From assembly GCA_965222225.1 (NCBI GenBank), contig CBDCTK010000002.1, positions 3,264,001 through 3,328,000 on the forward strand: a DNA stretch of 64,000 nt, written 5' to 3'. The stretch comes from Candidatus Poribacteria bacterium (GTDB lineage: Bacteria; Poribacteria; WGA-4E; JAJDTR01). The notes under the pieces are model-generated. The model had not been told where the DNA came from and ran no database searches. It saw nothing but the letters and a program-made list of their open reading frames with translations. The translations under genes and the position numbers were made by a program. Below, in pieces: positions 41,901 to 51,645 of the stretch (position 1 is the stretch's first letter; each line of letters begins with the position of its first letter).

Positions 41901-42443
41901 AACGACGTTCGTTGGCGTTTGATTGCGTAGCGTCTGGAGGTGAGAAATTGCCTGCTTCGTGGCTTCTTGGTCATCCCGCATCCCGAGGTAGTGGCGTACC
42001 AACTTATATCGCGCCCCCAAATCCTCCGGATCGCGTTTCACAGCTTCGATCATCTCCGCGACAGCTTCCTCGGACTTTCCCTGCCACTGGTAAATCTCCG
42101 AGAGGATAAAATGCAACTGGCTATCCATCGGTTGAACTTCAAGCCCGCGTTTAACCCATACTTCAGCTTCTTCGCTGTTCTTGAGACGAAGATGTGCCAC
42201 AGCCATGTTGCCGTAACCGATCGCTTCATCGGGAACAAGGTCGATTAACGCCCGGAATTCTTCAGCCGCCTTGTGGGGTTGCGATTCTTCGAGATAGGCT
42301 AAGCCGAGGTTCTGGTAGTGGATTGCTCCCGCGATAACGTCGGCGGGACTACGTTCCTGAGGATGCGCATTTGGAAGATAAAAAAGAAGGGCGAGAATAA
42401 CAAGCGTTGAAATGTGAAGAATGTTATGTCTGGCGTGGTTCAT
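38949..42443 (-). CDS. Secreted TPR + FG-GAP + ASPIC/UnbV (CRTAC1-like) protein
   Basis: Signal peptide, TPRs, DFDDDGDTDLFV/DYDNDGDLDLF repeats, HFGLG..VVWTNG, SCPFLY C-terminal domain. Confidence 0.85.
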   Translation of the reverse strand: MNHARHNILHISTLVILALLFYLPNAHPQERSPADVIAGAIHYQNLGLAYLEESQPHKAAEEFRALIDLVPDEAIGYGNMAVAHLRLKNSEEAEVWVKRGLEVQPMDSQLHFILSEIYQWQGKSEEAVAEMIEAVKRDPEDLGARYKLVRHYLGMRDDQEATKQAISHLQTLRNQTPTNVVVRLKLAQALLQVERIEEAKQIGAELAALFWDVKEDALKYLKQGLHLLEQDDSKGAKKFIRIFENIQKATPRYQQGIGELVTDILGHPIEAFDQGFKSRVKAKLSPPIDVQFVDVSEEILGTFLRRRKPMKVFVIDTDRDGGLELFVLLAPDSQSYTSLPLNENGPVVFVSGLFAMAEHGDASAFADIDKNGDQEWFILDKQQETVVQRGDDGYSYLIEYGVGAELLFVDYDHDGDLDKIYVTDSEIEVHRNNADNTFTDVTHQTFLPTAPSPGIDAAFGDFDDDGDTDLFVVNGNGGCTLYDNQRQGRMKAVTDETGIPQDQQFTSVAAADYDNDGALDLFLATPIEAPHQLYRNRGDGTFTRDKHFDADIQTTLALHSRDCHFVDFDNDGFLDLWILGERWGGSAHGHNRPVLLFRNDGTGRFTDVSDILPSSLSSGVHGAVGDYDNDGDLDLFLVDGNGQVVALRNDGGNRNSWLQVRLEAVTTGNNKVNIDGIGSKVEVKIDDLYQMKYTTEPVSHFGLGSAERADVLRVVWTNGVPQNVIKPEANQRIVEKQVLKGSCPFLYVYDGERYRFVTDLLWRSPLGMITSIGSVAPDQTADYVKIPDFVAPKDGVYSLQITEELWETAYFDMVKLMAVDRPAGTEVFVDERYTLPPYSPFKIYTVKERRQPQSAFDHLGNDVSDALREFDYEYAIEHEPGEYQGVVSPHAIVLNLGDVPDGETVTLFLTGWIFPTDTSINVSLFQNPQISPVFPYLQVRDAEGNWKTVVDIIGLPAGKNKTIAIDLTGKFLSDDRRVKIATDMQIYWDAAFFSVGDDNDVPIRVTELSPERADLHYRGFSKMYRPTPHAPHLFDYDEVTTTGQWRDLRGHYTRFGDVTPLMQSVDDMYVIMNAGDEMTVEFDADKLPPLQDGWVRGFILYSDGWDKDGDINTLHSQTVEPLPFHGMSAYPYPDGESYPSDAEHLRHQLEYNTRRISHDLPALE

Positions 42444-42491
42444 GAATTTACGTAGCAATCGTGAATATAAAATCAAGATGGGATTTTCTCG

Positions 42492-42731
42492 TCAATCCTC
42501 TTTCTGGGCAAGGTCAAGCGCGACGAACCGGTAGCCGACCGCCTTCAGTTGTTCCACAATAGCCTCACGCATCTGGAGAGCACGGCCAAAAACTGCCTCA
42601 GGCACTTGGATGCGTAAGACCGGCGAGTGGTCAAAAAGGACTGCTTCCTTGATACCAATCTCCTCCAAACAGCGCCGAGCCTCTGTGAGCAATCTCTTTT
42701 TTTCAGCTTTTGACTGGGAATCCTGATTCAT
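42492..42731 (-). CDS. Small protein resembling the C-terminal domain of LarE
   Basis: VLRIQVP..REAIVEQLKAVGYRFVALDL; upstream TTGACC-17-TACAAT promoter at about 42806-42834. Confidence 0.55.
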   Translation of the reverse strand: MNQDSQSKAEKKRLLTEARRCLEEIGIKEAVLFDHSPVLRIQVPEAVFGRALQMREAIVEQLKAVGYRFVALDLAQKED

Positions 42732-42857
42732 TCTATATTGGGTATATTCGGGTGTGTAGATGAGACCTAGAGATACCAATACTTACCGCAACCGGAACAG
42801 CCAATTGTATCATCCCTGCTATAGCTGGTCAATCGAAAATAACCTGATTCCACCAAC

Positions 42858-43838
42858 TCAGTCAACCTTCAAGAGAATCTTGCCGAAATTCCTATTAGAT
42901 TCCATATACTCGTGCGCTTCACGCGCTTGAGACAACGGTATAACGGTATCAATTATCGCTTTAATCTTCCCCTCCTTGAGCAACGGCAGCCACCGCTTGA
43001 TGAACCGCTCGGTAATGCGAATCTTGTCCTCGATAGGTAGTGCACGCATCACGGAGCCGAAAATCTGCAGGCGCTTACGCAAGATGACTCCCATATCAAT
43101 TTCGCCTGCGCTGCCGCCCATCAACCCGACAACGACCAAGCGGCCGCGCGGTTTGAGTATGGCGAGATTGCGTTTGAGGTAAGGCGCTCCGATAAAATCT
43201 TGTACAACGTCCACACCTTCCCCGTCTGTCAGTCGCATGATTTCATCGGCAAAGTCAGCCTCCTTATAGTTGATGCCCTCCGTGCATCCAAGGCTCTTGC
43301 TCCGTTCAATCTTTTCTGCGGATCCGGCGGTGATAAACACCCGCGCACCTATCTGGTGCGCCATCTGCGTCCCGGTTGTTCCTACCCCGCTCCCGCCCGC
43401 ATGAATCAGCACGGTTTCTCCGGCACTCAGTTTGCCGAATGTAAACAGCGTTTCACTCGCCGTAAAGAAGACCTCCGGCACCGCTGCCGCCTGCTCAAAG
43501 CTCCACCCCTCCGGAATGGGTATTGCCATGCGATAGTCGATAATCGTCTGCTCGGCGTATCCACCACTTCCTATTAAGCCGAATACGCGGTCGCCCTGCT
43601 TGAAACCGGTTGCTTTATTCCCGATCCGTTCAACCGTACCGGCTATTTCCAAGCCGAGAATCTCGGATTCACCCGGCGGCATGGGATAGGAGCCCTTTCG
43701 TTGGATAGTATCTACACGATTGACACCAGCCGCTTTGACATTGACCAATAATTGTGTTGGACTAGGGGACGGCACGGGAAACTCCACCAATTTCAGAACC
43801 TCGGGACCGCCGCCTGCGGTTGCAATAATTGCCTTCAT
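42858..43838 (-). CDS. NAD(P)H-quinone oxidoreductase, PIG3 family
   Basis: AAGVNRVD, LGLEIAG, LIHAGGSGVG, FGKILL motifs. Confidence 0.9.
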   Translation of the reverse strand: MKAIIATAGGGPEVLKLVEFPVPSPSPTQLLVNVKAAGVNRVDTIQRKGSYPMPPGESEILGLEIAGTVERIGNKATGFKQGDRVFGLIGSGGYAEQTIIDYRMAIPIPEGWSFEQAAAVPEVFFTASETLFTFGKLSAGETVLIHAGGSGVGTTGTQMAHQIGARVFITAGSAEKIERSKSLGCTEGINYKEADFADEIMRLTDGEGVDVVQDFIGAPYLKRNLAILKPRGRLVVVGLMGGSAGEIDMGVILRKRLQIFGSVMRALPIEDKIRITERFIKRWLPLLKEGKIKAIIDTVIPLSQAREAHEYMESNRNFGKILLKVD

Positions 43839-44064
43839 TAAACATCGTGAGCGAGAATCGCCCTCTCCTTTTTGTGTTTTTGGTTATTTTGGCTATTGAC
43901 GGATTTTATCATACCCGCCAGGCAATGACAATTTGAAAAAAGCGCCGTTGACATTCTGTGCGCAGGCGACCACCAAGGAACGCCTCTCCACAGGACATCA
44001 CAAATCTGTACTGCTAGCGCATTTTGTGGCCCGTGCAATTGTCCAATAAGAATCAAAATCATTA

Positions 44065-44270
44065 GACCTTGTTTGAAGATTCATTTGTCGTAGCACCATA
44101 CAGCCCAAAGCCCTGGAAGGGCGACAGGTGTAAAGCAACGCCGATCTCACACACATCAAAGCCCCAGAGCGGGATCAAACGAGTGGATAACGAGTGCGAT
44201 AGAGATCCCACAGGTAGCAACAACTCAAATACCCAAGAATCGCTTTGCCACCGATTATTCAAACAGGTTC
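44065..44270. mobile_element. MITE related to 30599-30807, with the 37-nt element at 44171-44209
   Basis: Ends GACCTTGTTTGAA / TTCAAACAGGTTC; about 45-nt end shared with the 30599 copy. Confidence 0.65.
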
Positions 44271-44335
44271 TCAACAAAACCACGATTGGATTGCTCTTCT
44301 TTATGTAATCTGGAGAAAATTCTCTCTTTCAACCC

Positions 44336-44366
44336 GTAGGTTGGGTTGAACACAGTGAAACCCAAC
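44336..44366 (+). repeat. GTAG-family REP
   Basis: GTAGGTTGGGTTGAACACAGTGAAACCCAAC. Confidence 0.8.
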
Positions 44367-44599
44367 TATTCCGCTCCCATGCCGCCCCTCCAAAGAATTA
44401 TGGGTTACGTGGAAGAAAACCTTCCGCCCTTCTTTTCTTCCATTCTTCCAATCCCTCGACATATGATCTGGAGAAAATTTCCGCTTTCGGGTAAAATATG
44501 GTGGAAGAAACACTGGACGAAGAATTTTATTGTGTTTCATCGTTTGGCTATCTCCATTTTTGGGCTTTTCTAGCGTACTGGAGGACTCGGGTCGACAAC

Positions 44600-47500
44600 A
44601 TGAACTTGAAATACTTTCTTCTCGGAGGAGTCGCTGTATTGCTCGGCTTTCTGCTGTACCCGCGCGGGGAAGAGCCGATCAATCAAGAATATGTTAAACC
44701 CGTCCGTCAGCTTGATAACGAGCCGCTCCATTACACTGACATTTTGAGCACAACGCCGATCTACACGACCTACGATCTCGGTTATGTCTATAAAATCGAC
44801 AAAGTTGAAGTGCAATTTGATAACCCGAATGAAAGTGGACCAAAACAGTTTGACCTGTTGGTTCAAACTGACCGGTTAAAAACACCCTTCCCACGAGCCT
44901 TTTCTTACGTTGGCAGTTCCCGCGAGTATAAGTATTCAACGCATTCTCTCCCCATCCCGGCTGAAGCACGCTGGATACAGATTGTGATTAACGACTGGTT
45001 CAGTGACCGACCAAGATTGAAAAACGAGGAATTCAGAGTTGGCTTACGCTATGAATCACCGAGCCAATTCCTTGCGATGGAGGCGAATCACAATAACTCG
45101 GCAGACCTGATAAAACTGACGGATTTGCTGATTTCTGAGGATTCAAAGTGGAAAGGCGCGCGGAGAATAGAGGAAAAGGTCGAGATAGACGGCAAAACCG
45201 AGCGCCGAATCTCCTACGCTTCTCCAACAGAAGCTCTGGAAGTCACGGCCGATTTGGGAGCCGTCTCCAAGATTTACGGTTTCCGCCTCACAACCGACGG
45301 TCCCGGCAATAACCTCAAGCGATTTCGTGTTCTAATCAGTTCCGATGGGGGGAAATATTCCGAGGTATATGTTTCAAACATCTTGCCTGACGAAACTTTC
45401 ACCGATCTTCATCTTTTTGAGTCGCCTTCCTTTAATCATTTCAACTCCGATGCTCAGGGGCACGACAATGAGATTCGCGCACGTTACATTCGCTTACAGA
45501 TTGATAGTGGAGATTGGTACGGCAGTTATCCGGAGCTTCGTGAATTTGAGGTTTTCACGGACGCCTATCGCCTACCTCCCCCGTCCGAACACAAGTTGAG
45601 CGATTACAACGCGATACAGATGCACTATGAGAATTTGGGACTAGACGGCAATGTCTTGGCACCACACTTAGTTCAAGGATTCGCCTTCGATCGTGGAACA
45701 AGAGACAAAAACCACTATTTCATAGCGACGGATAAGGTGGATGCGGGGAACACGCCCAGCCAGTTGAGTTTCGCCTATCATTACAATCAAGTGAAACTAA
45801 GATACACGGGACTAGATCCGTCGCACCTCTATTGGGTGCGTACAACATACCTGGGTGAAAAGGGTGGGGGACGGACACAGAACTTCGTACTCGACGGGTT
45901 CATCCTGCATGATGCGATGCTCGTGCCGGAAGGAAAAGCGGAGATTCATGTTTTCCGGATTCCGAGCGCCGCATACGCTGATGGCGCAATTGAATTGAAT
46001 TTCAATCGACTAACGGGACCGAACGCTGTTGTTTCAGAAGTCTCCATCCTAGAAGCACGGCTCACATCAGAAATGGATAGTAACGTGAAGTCGACAAATC
46101 TAGATATTGGGTGGGCGACACGCGTTCCCGCTGAACCGTCCTCCGCCAGCCGCGTTGTGATTGATGGAAAACTGAATGAATGGCCTCAACTTTATCCGCT
46201 GCTCCCTGACAGTTATGATACAGCCGCTAACGCCCCTGTAGCTCTTCATGCCCAGTGGGACGAGGATAACCTCTACATCGCGGCGGAAACTGACCGACAA
46301 GCAACGCCGATACAAGATGAACAGTCCGGTCCAATTGAGGACGCGCGCGCGTCCTCGGAAGATAGCCCGGTACTGCACTTGTTTGTTGACACGGCTCTTC
46401 GCAGGTCTCCGGGAATGTATACGGCTAACGACCACCATTTTACATTCACAATCTTCGATTCGGAAGACAACCAACCTCAGGTCGTGCCAGCACAAATCCA
46501 TCATCACCTTGATGCCATTCCCAACAGCATCAATGACCACCAAGCAATCAAGGCAACGGTAACGAAAACAGTCGCCGGACACATCTTGGAGGCGCGAATC
46601 CCCAAGAGCCTCGCGCTGTCTGAATTCCATCCGGAGCTTGAGGGCCGCATCGGATTCAATTACGTGGTAGAAAACTTGAAGCACCCGGACAATCAACCTC
46701 GCCGGTTTGCTTATGGGACGAGTGATTTGACGGCGCCGCCAAATCGCTGGAATGTTCTCCGGCTCGCGAACCAAATCAGCGGACAGGCTGCTATCATTGC
46801 TCAACACCAGTCTGCGAATGGAGAAGGAACCGTTGCTTTAACGGAAATGGACGGCAATAGCCCGCGCTCTCACGCCACGTTTAGTGCCGGAGACATTCTC
46901 ATACTCTGCGTCTGGGATACCGAGCGTAATACCAATCGCATCGAATCCGAGTCGATTACGGCAGAATTGCGAAATGAAACGACAGGGCAATCGTGGAATG
47001 TCGTTTTGCACGAGAGCGATCCCGCTGCGCTCATAGACGACGACCCGGAAAATGACCGGGCGGAGGACAGTTTCCTTTTCGCTGCAAAGGTCGAGACCCT
47101 CTACCGAGAAGTTGATGGGGAAACCCTGGACTCGGGAACGGTCACCAACCCGGAGAATACGCCCACCCCACTCTCCGTTGATGGTAAGGAAGTCATTTCC
47201 TTGACCTACATCGATCCCTATTACAGCACCACCCAACACAATCTGCCTGTTAAGACCTCTACGACAGTAAATTCCGGAACAACAGGGACAGTCGCAATCA
47301 CTAACGAAGCTGGGGAGATAATTCAAGAATTTGAACTTGATGACACAATATATATCCACGTTCAAGATGCGGATTTGGACGCGATAGATCCGGCGTCTGC
47401 TCATGAAATCACAGCGCGTCTGCTTGTCCTTGAAACTCCGGAAGTTGAAATTGTGAAACTGAGATACAGACAAGATCAGGACCTGTACGTGGGAGAAATT

Positions 47501-50500
47501 GTCTCAACGTATAGTGAAACCCCGGCACCGGGTGATGGCATCCTACAATCGGTTGGCAAGCGATTTGTGCAGGCGGTGTATCTGGATGAGATTCAGGACA
47601 CAGGGAGGACCAACGTGCCCGTCAGTGCAAGAGCAGACGCAGTCGTTGGGAAGACCGCTCGCATTCAGTTTCGCCCCGCTACGGACTGGGATACCCGTAA
47701 TGACTTTAGGTTTTTTTATGCAGGAGATCGGCTCGCCGTTTGGTTAACAGACACTGATTTAAATCAGGACAACGACCAGAGAGAAACCGTCGACGTTACG
47801 TTGAGCGGAAACCTCCTCGGCGATCAGTATGAATTAACACTCACCGAGATTAAGCCAGAATTAGGGGAATTCATCGGATTTGTCCAAACGCGCCACGCGA
47901 AATCCGCGTCAGCGAACGGTATACTTGAAGTAACGGGAACAGAAATTATCACAGTCGGCCATCTCGACCTGCTTCAAGATTCTGGCGAAACGCATGTGAT
48001 TGTCATTGATAAAGCGCATGTGAAAGCCGGAGATGACGGGAAAATCGAAATTCTCAAATCCAATTACCTGACACAGCGTGAGAGGTTCAACGCGGGAGAA
48101 ACCCTCTACTTTCGTTTGCTAGACGAGGATGTAACGGATGAAACCGTTGAAATCACACTTGAAGGGAACGGATTGAATGATCGTGAGACCGTTCATTTAT
48201 TGCCATCCCCTACGCCGGGCGATGCTCAAATCCAACCTGTCAAAAGCGTATTTTACGGCTCGATTCCAACAACCTATGACCTCATAGCGACGAAAGCTGA
48301 TGGTTTGTTGCAAGTCCAAGGAACAGAACAGATTCGGGTAACCTACATTGATGAGTTACGTGCCATGGGTGAAGTATCCTTCGTCACTTCGGAAAATTGT
48401 GTTGTGAATACCGGTGCAACTGGCTCACTCAAAGTATATGACAGTGCGGATTTTACCCCTGACGCGGCTGAAAATCGTGAAATATCGAAATTTCGTGCAG
48501 GGGACACGTTGATCTTGGAAATCCGGGATAGTGACTTAAACAAGGCAGATGCGGTTGCAGATCTGTTTCAAACGAATTTTAGTGAAAACACTCAACGCGA
48601 TGATATTCGTGTTTCAATGGTTGAAACGCGGGGCGGATCAGGAGTTTTTCGCGGAGAGATTCGCACTGCGTACGGCGAAACACCAATTCCAACCGACAAT
48701 ATCTTGCAGGTTCAAGGGGGTGGAATTGTCAATTTCACATACATTGATGCATTACAAAACACAGGGGCAACTCAAGTGCCAATCACGGCAACACTCTCGG
48801 TCAAAGCCGGTGACAAGGGAGAGTTGAGACTTTACGGCGCCGAAAGCGGGAAACTAATCAGCGGTCTCTCTGTCGGCACAGGCAGTTTCGAATCAGGCGA
48901 GAGACTTCGGATGGAGCTAATGGATAAAGACCTCAATCTCTCACGGGAAGTGGCTGACACAGTGAGAATTGCTGCATCCGGGAACGTGCTCAAGGACGAA
49001 GTGGTCCTCATGTTGGAAGAGACCGAAGACGATAGCGCCATTTTTGTGGGTGAATTGCGGACGCAGAAATCCGACCAGACCGGACTTCCCGATTTTACTT
49101 CGCAAAGCGAGGGCGAGATTGAATCGGTAGAAGAAGAGACAACTTCACTCTCTTTTGAGAACAATTCTGATTCTGATATAGTCCGGGAAATACAACCTGT
49201 CGCCGTCCCTGACGATATTCTACAGGTTACCGATAAAGAGAGGATTACTGTCGAATACATCGATATGCTTACGACGACGGGGGAACCAAACGTACCAATC
49301 CAAGTCGAAGCGATCGTGTTGGGGGGTAGCGCCGGCTTATTGCGTATCGTCAATGGAGATGGTGTTGGTGCTCAATTTGCCCCGAGTCAGGAATTGGCAA
49401 AATTCAATGCCGGAGAGCCTATCTATTTCCGCTTGGAGGATTTGCTATTAAGCACGGTCGTCGACACGGAGGCAGTCCAAATTACTGTCGCCGGGAACAA
49501 AACGCACGATCGCGTCAGTGTTACTTTGCGAAAGCATCCGGAGGCACAGGGCGTATTCACCGCATTCGTCGCGACGAGGTATGGCACCTCCCCGATAGCG
49601 GATGAAACCCTTGATGTGCAAGGTGCCGAAGAAATCCGTGCGGTTTACAATCCGCCAGCCCCTATTGTCCAAGATTTCGGGATTGCAGACTATACCTACG
49701 TTAATCACGGGGTGCGCGGTAATCTAAGTATCGTCAATCAGGACGGGACACTTCTCCACAATTTCAATATTGGAAGCTCGCTTCACTTCCGTCTGGAAGA
49801 TGCAGACTTGAACTCGGACCCATTCGTGGCGGAAACTTCGAAGATACTGGTAACTAAAACTGATTCGCAAGGTACAATACAGCGCTCGGTTGCGATCACT
49901 GTACCCCTATATGAGGATTGTCAAAACTCACATATTTTTAGGGGTATGCTTCCTACTCAATATGGGAGAACTTCGGCGGAAACCAGTATAGGGTTAGTCG
50001 GGGAAGAAATCGTGACCGCAACTTATGAAGATGGGCTAACTGATACCGGAGAGATAAACGTGGAGATTGAGGTTGCCTTTCGCGCGAACCCTGTCGCATG
50101 GGCGCGATACACCAGCGAGCCGGTGGTGATTGATGGAATTGACGACAAATGGCCGCTGGAACGAGTTATCCGAACATCAAAGGACGAAGGACTGATTTGG
50201 TTACAATGGAGCGACGATTCCCTTTACCTTCTCGCCCAAATCTATGATGACGATGTAATGGTGCCCAACGCGCTCAAATATTACGAAGGCGCGGATGCGC
50301 TGGAAATACACATAAATATTCAGCCCGCTGGAGATAGCAAACCGAGTTACCTACAGACTGGGCAAGATCCGAACCGGTACATTCTTTGGATTTGTCCGAA
50401 AGGGGCGGGCTTCGGCGGGGACGAACCATACATTGGTCAGTGGCTGCCGGATCGCATCTACAACTACGAGGCAAGAAATCTTAAAGCTGCTGTGCGGCAG

Positions 50501-50722
50501 GAAGCTAACTATTACATTATAGAAGCGCGAATCCCCTTCTATCCCGTTCTTGGGAGTTTTGACCCCATAAAGACGAAACGGCATAAGCGCATCGGCTTCA
50601 ATCTGGTCATCCATCGATCCGACGATCAGCGCGTCTATTGGGCGAGACAGACACCCGGCGCCGAAACCGCTGCGCCAAGTGATTTAGGTATGTTGATTTT
50701 GGAGGGGCCTGCCCCACAGTAG
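44600..50722 (+). CDS. 2040-aa membrane-anchored or secreted multidomain protein: discoidin-like domains, two CBM9/DOMON-like domains, 8 tandem beta-rich modules
   Basis: GGAGG RBS; N-terminal hydrophobic helix; RARYIRL..ELREFEV; VVIDGKLNEW..QWDEDNLY and VVIDGIDDKW..QWSDDSLY; repeated FxAGxxL...DxDLN. Confidence 0.8.
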   Translation: MNLKYFLLGGVAVLLGFLLYPRGEEPINQEYVKPVRQLDNEPLHYTDILSTTPIYTTYDLGYVYKIDKVEVQFDNPNESGPKQFDLLVQTDRLKTPFPRAFSYVGSSREYKYSTHSLPIPAEARWIQIVINDWFSDRPRLKNEEFRVGLRYESPSQFLAMEANHNNSADLIKLTDLLISEDSKWKGARRIEEKVEIDGKTERRISYASPTEALEVTADLGAVSKIYGFRLTTDGPGNNLKRFRVLISSDGGKYSEVYVSNILPDETFTDLHLFESPSFNHFNSDAQGHDNEIRARYIRLQIDSGDWYGSYPELREFEVFTDAYRLPPPSEHKLSDYNAIQMHYENLGLDGNVLAPHLVQGFAFDRGTRDKNHYFIATDKVDAGNTPSQLSFAYHYNQVKLRYTGLDPSHLYWVRTTYLGEKGGGRTQNFVLDGFILHDAMLVPEGKAEIHVFRIPSAAYADGAIELNFNRLTGPNAVVSEVSILEARLTSEMDSNVKSTNLDIGWATRVPAEPSSASRVVIDGKLNEWPQLYPLLPDSYDTAANAPVALHAQWDEDNLYIAAETDRQATPIQDEQSGPIEDARASSEDSPVLHLFVDTALRRSPGMYTANDHHFTFTIFDSEDNQPQVVPAQIHHHLDAIPNSINDHQAIKATVTKTVAGHILEARIPKSLALSEFHPELEGRIGFNYVVENLKHPDNQPRRFAYGTSDLTAPPNRWNVLRLANQISGQAAIIAQHQSANGEGTVALTEMDGNSPRSHATFSAGDILILCVWDTERNTNRIESESITAELRNETTGQSWNVVLHESDPAALIDDDPENDRAEDSFLFAAKVETLYREVDGETLDSGTVTNPENTPTPLSVDGKEVISLTYIDPYYSTTQHNLPVKTSTTVNSGTTGTVAITNEAGEIIQEFELDDTIYIHVQDADLDAIDPASAHEITARLLVLETPEVEIVKLRYRQDQDLYVGEIVSTYSETPAPGDGILQSVGKRFVQAVYLDEIQDTGRTNVPVSARADAVVGKTARIQFRPATDWDTRNDFRFFYAGDRLAVWLTDTDLNQDNDQRETVDVTLSGNLLGDQYELTLTEIKPELGEFIGFVQTRHAKSASANGILEVTGTEIITVGHLDLLQDSGETHVIVIDKAHVKAGDDGKIEILKSNYLTQRERFNAGETLYFRLLDEDVTDETVEITLEGNGLNDRETVHLLPSPTPGDAQIQPVKSVFYGSIPTTYDLIATKADGLLQVQGTEQIRVTYIDELRAMGEVSFVTSENCVVNTGATGSLKVYDSADFTPDAAENREISKFRAGDTLILEIRDSDLNKADAVADLFQTNFSENTQRDDIRVSMVETRGGSGVFRGEIRTAYGETPIPTDNILQVQGGGIVNFTYIDALQNTGATQVPITATLSVKAGDKGELRLYGAESGKLISGLSVGTGSFESGERLRMELMDKDLNLSREVADTVRIAASGNVLKDEVVLMLEETEDDSAIFVGELRTQKSDQTGLPDFTSQSEGEIESVEEETTSLSFENNSDSDIVREIQPVAVPDDILQVTDKERITVEYIDMLTTTGEPNVPIQVEAIVLGGSAGLLRIVNGDGVGAQFAPSQELAKFNAGEPIYFRLEDLLLSTVVDTEAVQITVAGNKTHDRVSVTLRKHPEAQGVFTAFVATRYGTSPIADETLDVQGAEEIRAVYNPPAPIVQDFGIADYTYVNHGVRGNLSIVNQDGTLLHNFNIGSSLHFRLEDADLNSDPFVAETSKILVTKTDSQGTIQRSVAITVPLYEDCQNSHIFRGMLPTQYGRTSAETSIGLVGEEIVTATYEDGLTDTGEINVEIEVAFRANPVAWARYTSEPVVIDGIDDKWPLERVIRTSKDEGLIWLQWSDDSLYLLAQIYDDDVMVPNALKYYEGADALEIHINIQPAGDSKPSYLQTGQDPNRYILWICPKGAGFGGDEPYIGQWLPDRIYNYEARNLKAAVRQEANYYIIEARIPFYPVLGSFDPIKTKRHKRIGFNLVIHRSDDQRVYWARQTPGAETAAPSDLGMLILEGPAPQ

Positions 50723-50761
50723 ATCATGTCCCTCATTCAACTGTGTTGATTCCTCTGTTGC

Positions 50762-51526
50762 TTAACGGCCTGACAACTCATTGACAATCGCGACGTTCTC
50801 CTCTACCTCGCGTCGACTTTCCATCCCGATTGTCATGGCATGCACACACGGCAACCCCATCACAAATTCGATGCCCTGTCTGGGCCCATCCTGTTTTGCG
50901 AGCTTGCCCTCTCCACACACCTTCATGCCGTAAATCCCCTTGCCGAAGGCAGCCATCTGCTCCATCGTTCGGATGACATCTGCGGGAGAGGCATCCATAC
51001 TCACACCGGCGTAGTTGATTCGCGCCAACACGACCTCAACCCATTTCGTCATTGCCGCTGTCTGAAATGCACCGTAGTCATGACAAGACACGCCGTGTGC
51101 ACGAATCAACCCCTGTTCCTTGCACTCCGACAACGCCTCCATCGCATCGGGATAACGCTCCGTCCAGTCGGGCTGTGTCAGGCAGTGCAGCAGCACGATA
51201 TCAATGTAATCGGATCCCATCTCCTTTAAGAAACGCTTGACATCACTCATGACCTCCTTTTTGGTGCGCGAGGTCGTTTTCGACGTGATAACAACGCTGG
51301 ATCGATCCACGTATTTTAGGGTTTCCCTGATGTACGGATGACTCCCATACCCGTCTGCGGCATCCCAAAACCTGACGCCAAGGTCATGTGCGAAGCAGAG
51401 CAGATTGGCAAATCCTTTCAGACCAAGCTTGGTTTGGTTGGAGCTGCCACCGTTGCCCACAGTGCCCGTGCCGATTGAAAGTCTCGAGACGCGGAGACCC
51501 GAATTTCCAAGATTAACAATTTGCAT
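50762..51526 (-). CDS. Aldo/keto reductase
   Basis: LGNSGLRVSRLSIGT, FWDAADGYG, DYIDIVLLH, GLIRAHGVSCH motifs. Confidence 0.9.
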   Translation of the reverse strand: MQIVNLGNSGLRVSRLSIGTGTVGNGGSSNQTKLGLKGFANLLCFAHDLGVRFWDAADGYGSHPYIRETLKYVDRSSVVITSKTTSRTKKEVMSDVKRFLKEMGSDYIDIVLLHCLTQPDWTERYPDAMEALSECKEQGLIRAHGVSCHDYGAFQTAAMTKWVEVVLARINYAGVSMDASPADVIRTMEQMAAFGKGIYGMKVCGEGKLAKQDGPRQGIEFVMGLPCVHAMTIGMESRREVEENVAIVNELSGR

Positions 51527-51645
51527 GCGATTCCCTCCTTCTCTTCAACCAAAATGTGCGGCGACAATAAATCCCAGTATGAATTATACCACAAATTTAG
51601 CGATCGTGGGAGAATTCTAAAAATAAAGCAGAAACGGGGCAACAA

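Noticed and set aside
44171-44209. Classical DGR variable-region explanation of the 37-nt element
   Set aside because: No RT or TR/VR pair in the window, copies are non-coding, and the slots do not show the A-dominated distribution expected from A-to-N mutagenesis; kept only as an analogy.
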